Below, in pieces: positions 1 through 6,190 of a DNA stretch of 6,190 nt. Origin of the DNA: a virus (lineage: Duplodnaviria > Heunggongvirae > Uroviricota > Caudoviricetes); the IMG/VR virus record IMGVR_UViG_2728369553_000007; one strand, given 5' to 3'. The notes under the pieces are model-generated. The model did not search any database. It had not been told where the DNA came from and worked only from the letters and a program-made list of their open reading frames with translations. Made by a program: the position numbers and the translations under genes. Each line of letters begins with the position of its first letter. Within the stretch, counting starts at the first letter, position 1.

Positions 1-11
1 ATTATCTGGCA

Positions 12-893
12 ATGAACATGCTGCCTGACCTGTGCGATGAGTCCTGGCTGGCGCGACATGCTGCGATGAAACGGTGTCCGCGCAAGGGAGCCACGGCTGC
101 CAGTGGGTATATGCGCTGGGAAGGTGTCAGCGATGGCCTGAAGGTGACCGCCGGGAGTGTTATTCAGCGCGATGACCTGGTGCAGTACACGACAACTGAC
201 GATGCAACCAGCTCCGGTGGTGTCCTGCGCGTGCCGATCGCCTGCTCAAGTGCAGGTGCGGTCGGTAACGCTGACGACGGTACGGCATTAATCCTGGTCA
301 CGCCGGTGAATGGTCTGCCGTCTTCCGGTGTGGCTGACACCCTGACAGGCGGATTTGATACTGAAGAGCTGGAAACGTGGCGCGCCCGCGTCATTGAGCG
401 GTATTACTGGACGCCGCAGGGCGGGGCTGACGGGGACTATGTTGTCTGGGCTAAAGAAGTGCCCGGCATTACCCGCGCATGGACATACCGTCACTGGATG
501 GGAACGGGAACTGTCGGTGTGATGATTGCCAGCAGTGACCTGATTAATCCCATTCCGGAAGAATCAACGGAAACGGCGGCAAGACAACATATCGAGCCAC
601 TGGCCCCGGTGGCAGGCTCTGATTTGTATGTGTTTAGGCCGGTGGCACATACGGTGGATTTTCATATCCGCGTGACGCCGGACACACCGGAAATACGGGC
701 TGCCATCACCGCGGAGTTGCGTTCGTTCCTGCTGCGTGATGGTTATCCGCAGGGAGAACTGAAGGTATCGCGTATCAGTGAGGCGATTTCCGGTGCGAAC
801 GGGGAATACAGCCATCAGTTGCTTGCACCGACAGACAATATCTCCATTGCAAAAAATGAACTGGCGGTTCTGGGGACGATTTCATGGACGTGA
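12..893 (+). CDS. Phage baseplate J-like protein (Mu gp47 / P2 gpJ family); 5' end may lie upstream of the window
   Basis: 293-aa ORF with even codon usage, length and position typical of a baseplate J-like protein immediately upstream of a YmfQ-like gene and the tail-fibre genes (e14-like synteny). The reading frame is open back to position 3, so the true start may be outside the window. The stop overlaps the next gene start by 10 bp (884-893), typical of coupled phage tail genes. Family assignment is from recalled similarity, not a search. Confidence 0.6.
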   Translation: MNMLPDLCDESWLARHAAMKRCPRKGATAASGYMRWEGVSDGLKVTAGSVIQRDDLVQYTTTDDATSSGGVLRVPIACSSAGAVGNADDGTALILVTPVNGLPSSGVADTLTGGFDTEELETWRARVIERYYWTPQGGADGDYVVWAKEVPGITRAWTYRHWMGTGTVGVMIASSDLINPIPEESTETAARQHIEPLAPVAGSDLYVFRPVAHTVDFHIRVTPDTPEIRAAITAELRSFLLRDGYPQGELKVSRISEAISGANGEYSHQLLAPTDNISIAKNELAVLGTISWT

Positions 894-1496
894 CAAACGA
901 TGATTACATCCGTCTGTTGTCGGCACTGTTGCCCCCCGGTCCGGCGTGGTCAGCCAGCGATCCGGCGATTGCCGGTGCGGCACCGTCATTAACCCGTGTT
1001 CATCAGCGTGCGGATGCCCTGATGCGGGAGCTGGATCCGCGCACCACCACTGAACTGATAAACCGCTGGGAGCGTCTGTGCGGCCTGCCGGATGAATGTA
1101 TTCCGGCAGGGACGCAGACCCTTCGCCAGCGTCAGCAACGGCTGGATGCGAAGGTTAATCTGGCGGGCGGCATCAATGAGGATTTTTACCTTGCACAGCT
1201 TGCTGCCCTGGGCAGACCAGATGCCAACATCACGCGATACGACAAAAGCACGTTCACCTGCTCATCGGTCTGTACTGACGCGGTGAATGCGCCGGAATGG
1301 CGGTATTACTGGCAGGTCAACATGCCAGCCGCCACNNNNNNNNNNNNNNNNNNNNNNNNNNNNNNNCACCACCTGGATGACATGTGGCGATCCCTGTGAT
1401 TCCGCGCTGCGTATCTGGGGCGACACCGTTGTCGAATGTGTGCTTAACAAACTCTGCCCGTCGCATACCTACGTAATTTTTAAATATCCGGAGTAA
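884..1496 (+). CDS. ymfQ: YmfQ-like phage tail protein (DUF2313 family), interrupted by an N-run with a frame change
   Basis: ATG at 884 overlaps the upstream gene. The N-terminal part ([22 protein letters not shown]...) runs in the frame of 884 up to the N-run at 1336-1366. The conserved-looking C-terminus (...[37 protein letters not shown]) is in a different frame and ends at 1494-1496, 3 nt before the stfP ATG. The same-frame continuation would end at 1399. Position between the J-like gene and the tail fibre matches e14 ymfQ. Confidence 0.55.
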
Positions 1497-1499
1497 TCC

Positions 1500-2123
1500 A
1501 TGCATCGTATAGACACGAAAACCGCGCAGAAGGATAAGTTCGGCGCGGGTAAGAACGGTTTTACCCGTGGTAACCCCCAGACCGGCACACCTGCCACCGA
1601 TCTGGATGATGACTACTTTGACATGTTGCAGGAGGAACTTTGCAGTGTTGTGGAGGCATCCGGTGCCAGCCTAGAGAAGGGGCGGCATGACCAGCTGCTT
1701 ACAGCGCTTCGTGCGCTGCTGTTAAGCCGCAAGAATCCGTTTGGCGATATCAAATCGGATGGCACGGTGAAAACGGCTCTCGAAAACCTTGGTTTGGGAG
1801 AAGCGGCAAAACGGAATGTGGGAACAGGGGAAAATCAGATACCTGATATGTCATCATATGCATCAGGTTCAGGCTGGCGAAAAATGCCAGATGGTTCAAT
1901 TGAACAGTGGGGACGAATTAGTTTTCCTGGTGAACACGGGCCTGTATCCGCCAATGTTTCATTCCCGATTCCATTTACACAGACACCGGGCATTGTAATT
2001 GTGTGCGATGGTGGTTTCGGGGGCGGGAATATGTGGGGGGCGACCAACTGGAGCACTACCGGCTTCATAGCTCACTGCAATTATGGTCTTGAAGGTGGTG
2101 CGTTTTTCGCTAAGGGCTGGTAA
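1500..2123 (+). CDS. stfP: Side tail fibre protein (StfP-like): constant N-terminal part plus the variable C-terminal part currently in the expressed orientation
   Basis: 207-aa ORF with GGAG at 1490-1493 and ATG at 1500. The N-terminus ([21 protein letters not shown]...) resembles conserved tail-fibre N-terminal domains. The left crossover site lies inside the gene at codons 93-101 (ALENLGLGE). The stop overlaps the tfaP start (TAATG at 2121-2125). Confidence 0.8.
   Translation: MHRIDTKTAQKDKFGAGKNGFTRGNPQTGTPATDLDDDYFDMLQEELCSVVEASGASLEKGRHDQLLTALRALLLSRKNPFGDIKSDGTVKTALENLGLGEAAKRNVGTGENQIPDMSSYASGSGWRKMPDGSIEQWGRISFPGEHGPVSANVSFPIPFTQTPGIVIVCDGGFGGGNMWGATNWSTTGFIAHCNYGLEGGAFFAKGW
1777..1802. 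repeat. Left crossover site of the invertible segment (hix/gix/cix-like 26-bp site), inside stfP
   Basis: CTCTCGAAAACCTTGGTTTGGGAGAA: two imperfect 12-bp half-sites around a central TT, strongly resembling hixL (TTCTTGAAAACCAAGGTTTTTGATAA). Its reverse complement matches the right site at 21 of 26 positions, including 14 contiguous. Confidence 0.75.
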
Positions 2124-2566
2124 TGATGAAATATCTGTACGTAAACAACCTGGCATATCCTTACGAACTTCAGTCTCTTTATGTTGAAAAAGGTGAATGG
2201 CCTGAAGAAAAAGGTGTTGATATAGACGAAGTAATTTTCAGGGAATATTTCTATGATACACCACCAGAAGGAAAATACAGATGTGTCGGAGAGGATGGAC
2301 TGCCTGCATGGGCAGATATTCCTCCACCAACACGTGAAGAACAAATTGCATCAGCCGAAACTAAAAAGCAGCAATTGATTAACCAGGCCAACGAATACAT
2401 AAACAGTAAACAATGGCCAGGTAAAGCATCAATTGGTCGTCTGAAAGGTGAGGAACTGGCGCAATATAATTTGTGGCTGGATTATCTGGACGCACTGGAA
2501 CTGGTCGATACTTCCGGTGCGCCAGATATTGAATGGTCTACGCCTCCGGCAGTTCAGGCCAGATGA
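2123..2566 (+). CDS. tfaP: Tail fibre assembly protein (Tfa / Mu U family)
   Basis: 147-aa ORF immediately after stfP with overlapping stop/start. The C-terminus (...LWLDYLDALELVDTSGAPDIEWSTPP...) is the typical tail-fibre-assembly chaperone motif. Position matches e14 tfaP. Confidence 0.8.
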   Translation: MMKYLYVNNLAYPYELQSLYVEKGEWPEEKGVDIDEVIFREYFYDTPPEGKYRCVGEDGLPAWADIPPPTREEQIASAETKKQQLINQANEYINSKQWPGKASIGRLKGEELAQYNLWLDYLDALELVDTSGAPDIEWSTPPAVQAR

Positions 2567-3185
2567 CGTCCGGCGCTGTGCTGGTATCTGTTGCCGTCAC
2601 CGCGTCAATGTAATCCAGCACAGCGTTAAGTCGGGTGTTTTCTGGCTGCGTCAGCTTCCGCCCAGCCTGTAATTTCAGTTGAATCAGACTGATGGAAGCC
2701 ATTGCAGCATCAATCAGCGACTGGCGCTGTGCTTCTGCCGCTTCTACTGCGGCGCTATGCTGTGCCTCGGTATCCGTCACCCATTTCTCACCATCCCATT
2801 TATCGTATGGCGTTAACGGTGAAAGCGTGACATAACCGTCTTTGATGGCACCGATATAATCCACTGTAACAGCTGCGCCATTTTCAGTTGAGTAAACGGT
2901 CTCATTGCGATGGTCTTCTTCATGGCTCCATCCCTTACCCGTAAATACTGCCACTTTTCCCGGGATGTTTTCGCCCGGGTCAATACCAGTGGAACAGGCG
3001 GGTATACTTACGCCAGTATTAATATATTCATCAGACCAGCCGGTATATTCATACGTTACTGCATTATAATAAAAACAANNNNNNNNNNNNNNNNNNNNNN
3101 NNNNNNNNNNNNNNNNNNNNNNNNNNNNNNNNNNNNTATCGCCCGGCACTGTAGCCAGCCCATTTTCATCAAAAACAGGTATCAT
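2538..3185 (-). CDS. tfaE: Tail fibre assembly protein, alternative copy on the opposite strand (Tfa / Mu U' equivalent); contains an N-run
   Basis: 215-aa ORF on the minus strand with a Tfa-type C-terminus (...LNAVLDYIDAVTATDTSTAPDVIWPELPEA). Its ATG overlaps the stop of the stfE' segment (TAATG on the minus strand at 3183-3187). The N-run 3078-3136 lies inside but the frame is kept. The 3' end overlaps tfaP convergently over 2538-2566. Confidence 0.75.
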   Translation of the reverse strand: MIPVFDENGLATVPGDXXXXXXXXXXXXXXXXXXXXCFYYNAVTYEYTGWSDEYINTGVSIPACSTGIDPGENIPGKVAVFTGKGWSHEEDHRNETVYSTENGAAVTVDYIGAIKDGYVTLSPLTPYDKWDGEKWVTDTEAQHSAAVEAAEAQRQSLIDAAMASISLIQLKLQAGRKLTQPENTRLNAVLDYIDAVTATDTSTAPDVIWPELPEA

Positions 3186-3727
3186 TATTTAGCCCTCACC
3201 AGAAAGTTAAATGCAATATTTCGTGGACGGGTTTCTGTATCTACATTTCCACTAATTTCACCATAACGTTTAACACTACGAGAGCTAAGAGCTCGTAGTG
3301 AGGAAGGCACCTTAAGACCGGGTTCGTCCGTTTTAACTATTCCCCCGTCACCGTATGTAGCCAGTATTCCTGGGTTTACTCCTTCCCGTGCACTTCCTGC
3401 GGCAAGCCCGTCCCCCGTCCACAATTCCATATTGTGTGCATGATCCATAATTGTGTGTGATTGCCCTGAAAGTAGGGTACGTCCGACATCAATCCCGCGC
3501 CCATCATCCCAGATACGAATGAAATCACCCCGTGCGTCAGGTAATGCTAGCGCCGGAAACACTTTCGCCAGCACAGGGTAATCAGTGGCAGAGAATTTCG
3601 CGCCGTTGAACTTCAAAAACACCATACTGGACCAACTGTCGATTACAGTATTTGGCATTGCGGCGGACGGCCAGAAGAACGGAACGCCAATAGCTGGAGC
3701 ACCTTCTCCCAAACCAACGTTTATGAA
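3185..3727 (-). CDS. stfE: Alternative tail-fibre C-terminal segment (StfE'-like), start-less; predicted to be expressed only after Pin-mediated inversion fuses it to the stfP constant region
   Basis: Minus-strand reading frame ...FINVGLGEGAPAIGVPFFW...FIRIWDDGRGIDVGRTLLSGQSHTIMDHAHN... carries the classic receptor-binding tail-fibre motif (FIRxWDDGRG) shared by lambda Stf / Mu S / P2 H type fibres. It begins inside the right crossover site in the same codon phase as stfP at the left site. There is no plausible own promoter or RBS; the ATG at 3757 in the ORF track is probably fortuitous. Confidence 0.7.
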   Translation of the reverse strand, partial: FINVGLGEGAPAIGVPFFWPSAAMPNTVIDSWSSMVFLKFNGAKFSATDYPVLAKVFPALALPDARGDFIRIWDDGRGIDVGRTLLSGQSHTIMDHAHNMELWTGDGLAAGSAREGVNPGILATYGDGGIVKTDEPGLKVPSSLRALSSRSVKRYGEISGNVDTETRPRNIAFNFLVRAK

Positions 3728-3738
3728 AATGCAGAAAT
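3713..3738. repeat. Right crossover site of the invertible segment (hix/gix/cix-like), about 45 bp upstream of pin
   Basis: TTCTCCCAAACCAACGTTTATGAAAA on the plus strand, an inverted copy of the left site with central AA at 3725-3726. Position immediately upstream of the invertase gene matches the Mu G / P1 C / e14 P arrangement. Confidence 0.75.
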
Positions 3739-3783
3739 AACGAGCAAATGGCATCATTCCTGCTTTTGTCAGGGAGATCCACC

Positions 3784-4338
3784 ATGCTTATTGGCTATGT
3801 ACGCGTATCAACAAATGACCAGAACACCGATCTACAACGTAATGCGTTGAACTGTGTAGGATGTGAACTGATTTTTGAAGACAAGATAAGCGGTACGAAG
3901 TCCGAAAGGCCCGGACTGAAAAAACTGCTCAGGACATTATCGGCAGGTGACACTCTGGTTGTCTGGAAGCTGGACAGGTTAGGGCGCAGTATGCGGCATC
4001 TTGTTACGCTGATAGAAGAGTTGCGCCAGCGTGGCGTGAATTTCCGAAGCCTGACTGACAGTATTGATACCAGTACCCCAATGGGCCGTTTCTTTTTTCA
4101 TGTCATGGGTGCCCTGGCTGAAATGGAACGAGAACTGATTGTTGAACGAACAAAAGCTGGACTGGAAGCTGCTCGCGCACAGGGACGAATTGGTGGACGT
4201 CGTCCCAAACTTACACCAGAACAATGGGCGCAGGCCGGGCGATTAATTGCATCAGGCGTTCCTCGCCAGAAGGTGGCGATCATCTATGATGTTGGTATAT
4301 CGACACTGTATAAGAAGTTTCCGGTCGGAGATAAATGA
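3784..4338 (+). CDS. pinE: Serine site-specific DNA invertase (Pin/Gin/Hin/Cin family resolvase-invertase)
   Basis: 184-aa product starting MLIGYVRVSTNDQNTDLQRNAL..., with the catalytic serine in the VRVST motif and a C-terminal HTH region (GRRPKLTPEQW...IYDVGISTLYKK), closely matching the Pin/Gin/Hin invertases. GGGAGA at 3771-3776 lies 7 nt before the ATG at 3784. The ORF-track start at 3748 is rejected in favour of the canonical start. The right crossover site lies about 45 bp upstream. Confidence 0.92.
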   Translation: MLIGYVRVSTNDQNTDLQRNALNCVGCELIFEDKISGTKSERPGLKKLLRTLSAGDTLVVWKLDRLGRSMRHLVTLIEELRQRGVNFRSLTDSIDTSTPMGRFFFHVMGALAEMERELIVERTKAGLEAARAQGRIGGRRPKLTPEQWAQAGRLIASGVPRQKVAIIYDVGISTLYKKFPVGDK

Positions 4339-4376
4339 AACCGTAGCACGTCGTATGCAAGAAGATCGTGCTGCGG
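4322..4376. repeat. Direct repeat copy A: last codons of pin plus a downstream hairpin
   Basis: cggtcggagataaatgaaaccgtagcacgtcgtatgcaagaagatcgtgctgcgg. Includes a 13-bp stem (aaaccgtagcacg / cgtgctgcggttt, one G-T pair) around a 16-nt loop. A gapped by-eye alignment with copy B at 5348-5397 shares the blocks ggtcgg, gaaacc, gtagc, acgtc, tatgcaagaa and cgtgct in the same order. Confidence 0.6.
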
Positions 4377-4379
4377 TTT
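4341..4379. terminator. Possible bidirectional terminator hairpin between convergent pin and the GIY-YIG gene
   Basis: 13-bp stem with 16-nt loop centred in the 60-bp gap between the pin stop (4336-4338) and the GIY-YIG stop (4399-4401). Followed on the plus strand only by a weak T-containing tract (ggtttatgcttat), so intrinsic terminator function is uncertain. Confidence 0.3.
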
Positions 4380-4398
4380 ATGCTTATCACTTAAAGAC

Positions 4399-5268
<870 letters not shown>

Positions 5269-5347
5269 CTAACCCTTTGAATTTACATAGCGCAAAAAGA
5301 TACCTTTCCTCATAATGTGAGCTAATTTTATGTTTCGTTTGATGATC

Positions 5348-5397
5348 GGGTCGGTCTCGAAACCCGTAGCCACGTCATATGCAAGAACGTGCTACGA
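5348..5397. repeat. Direct repeat copy B: degenerate copy of the pin 3' end and hairpin, on the far side of the GIY-YIG gene
   Basis: gggtcggtctcgaaacccgtagccacgtcatatgcaagaacgtgctacga. Same orientation as copy A, about 1.03 kb away. Retains a shorter stem (gtagc-acg / cgtgctac) and the conserved loop core tatgcaagaa. Confidence 0.55.
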
Positions 5398-5610
5398 CTG
5401 GCTGGTGAACTTCCGATAGTGCGAGTATTGAATGATTTCCAACTGTTATCGATTTTGCGTATTTTTTGCATGAGAGGATTTTTACCTCCTCCCACCGATC
5501 CTCCATGGCTTTACGCCAGTGTCTCTGGTCTGCTATGTGCCAAAAGTAGACATTGCTGACATAAAATATATGATTTGACCAACTACAACCGAAGAATAGT
5601 CCAATACATC

Positions 5611-5639
5611 TTGGGTCTACATCCAACTAGTTATAGAAT
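5611..5639 (+). promoter_or_regulatory. Candidate sigma70 promoter for the secreted-protein gene
   Basis: TTGGGT (5611-5616), 17-bp spacer, TAGAAT (5634-5639), about 40 nt upstream of the ATG at 5677. Pattern match only. Confidence 0.2.
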
Positions 5640-5676
5640 CCCGAGTATACATGTTAGTTTTGGACATTCTAATCAC

Positions 5677-6096
5677 ATGAAATATTGCTACCTGATAATT
5701 TTAAGCTTGACTATTTCTTCTGCTCAGGCTGAGACATTTCCCGCCAAGCTAACCTGTAATACGGGTGAACAAATTACTCTTAAAGTTACTGGTCCAGAGC
5801 AGCGACTGATCTACACTTCTTCACTCTATGGAACATTCCATGGATATCTCGATGTATTTAAAGGGTTATCACCTGAGCGTCAATATGAGGTACTTGCCAA
5901 TATTCATGGAATAGCTCGATATAGGGACAGCCCGTTACATTTTACTCTCCTAATGAAACGAACCAATGGTGAGATGGATAATGGCTCAATTATCTATCGA
6001 TATACCTACCTGAAAGACGAGCAACTGATTGATGAAGAAGGACATTGCAGTCCGATAAAAGATGGCGGATTTATTGAGGGGAGCAAAAGTTACTAA
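5677..6096 (+). CDS. Small secreted/periplasmic protein of unknown function (Sec-type signal peptide)
   Basis: From the ATG at 5677 the product is 139 aa beginning MKYCYLIILSLTISSAQA|ETFPAKL..., a textbook signal peptide (short n-region, hydrophobic h-region, AQA cleavage motif; no lipobox). The mature part has two cysteines and is rich in Tyr/Gly. The region is strongly AT-rich. The ORF-track start at 5575 would add a non-signal-like 34-aa extension. No clear Shine-Dalgarno was found. Confidence 0.5.
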   Translation: MKYCYLIILSLTISSAQAETFPAKLTCNTGEQITLKVTGPEQRLIYTSSLYGTFHGYLDVFKGLSPERQYEVLANIHGIARYRDSPLHFTLLMKRTNGEMDNGSIIYRYTYLKDEQLIDEEGHCSPIKDGGFIEGSKSY

Positions 6097-6190
6097 GGCC
6101 AAGCTGACCTGCCCCCACGATTAGATACAACACTCAGTTAGTAACGTCGGAATCTTCATTCTCAGAATGACCCTTTCTCCAGCCCGCTGC

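Larger units (their letters stand above)
1777..3738. other. Invertible tail-fibre segment (e14 P-segment / Mu G-segment analogue), ~1.96 kb including one N-run
   Basis: Bounded by inverted 26-bp crossover sites. Contains the variable stfP C-terminus plus tfaP on one strand and tfaE plus stfE' on the other, with pin immediately downstream. Both crossover cores sit in the same codon phase (ctt/gtt GGT TTG GGA GAA = L/V-G-L-G-E), so inversion gives an in-frame fusion. Confidence 0.75.

Noticed and set aside
164-815. Antisense ORFs 164-394, 288-494 and 564-815 (minus strand) inside the baseplate J-like gene
   Set aside because: Fully embedded in a longer, better-supported coding frame on the opposite strand. 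They are GC-rich-frame artefacts with no start context.
1092-1505. ORFs 1092-1286 (+), 1262-1450 (-), 1317-1505 (-) and the 5' part of 1287-1496 (+)
   Set aside because: Overlap the ymfQ-like gene or span the N-run. Only the post-gap part of the 1287-1496 frame is kept, as the likely ymfQ C-terminus.
1789-2344. ORFs 1789-1998 (+), 1835-2068 (-), 1959-2156 (-), 2081-2344 (-) within stfP/tfaP
   Set aside because: Alternative-frame or antisense ORFs nested in well-supported tail-fibre genes; no independent evidence.
2448-3266. ORFs 2448-2672 (+) and 2910-3266 (+) opposite tfaE
   Set aside because: Antisense to the Tfa-like gene. The second exists largely because it reads through the N-run.
3582-3785. 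ORF 3582-3785 (-) and the extended pin start at 3748
   Set aside because: The minus ORF overlaps the stfE' segment and right crossover site in another frame. The 3748 start adds 12 non-conserved residues before the canonical MLIGYVRVST start, which has a good RBS at 3771-3776.
3979-4283. ORFs 3979-4224 (-) and 4098-4283 (-) inside pin
   Set aside because: Antisense to a confidently identified invertase gene.
5375-5626. 83-aa minus-strand ORF (5375-5626), and a shorter minus-strand frame beginning at an ATG after an AGGAGG around 5470-5500
   Set aside because: Lies in the AT-rich divergent intergenic region and overlaps repeat copy B. No recognisable protein features, and spacing from the Shine-Dalgarno-like sequence is poor. 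More likely regulatory DNA than coding.

Overview
The window looks like the tail-fibre/invertase end of an e14-like (Pin/Gin/Hin-type) enterobacterial prophage, followed by an AT-rich cargo module. From left to right: a baseplate J-like gene, a YmfQ-like tail gene, then an invertible tail-fibre switch (stfP-tfaP on +, tfaE-stfE' on -) bounded by two 26-bp hix/gix-like crossover sites (1777-1802 and 3713-3738), then the serine invertase gene pin (3784-4338). Where E. coli K-12 e14 carries mcrA after pinE, this window instead has a cysteine-free ~257-aa protein with an N-terminal GIY-YIG nuclease motif (4399-5172, minus strand, convergent with pin). That gene is bracketed by ~50-bp imperfect direct repeats that duplicate the 3' end of pin and its downstream hairpin. 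A small signal-peptide protein (5677-6096) is transcribed divergently from it. The GIY-YIG gene in the invertase-adjacent cargo slot is the best candidate for an undescribed defence or selfish nuclease module. Two N-runs (1336-1366, 3078-3136) mask sequence inside ymfQ-like and tfaE-like genes. No rRNA, tRNA or CRISPR array is evident. All homology calls are from reading the translations and recalling known families; no database search was run.
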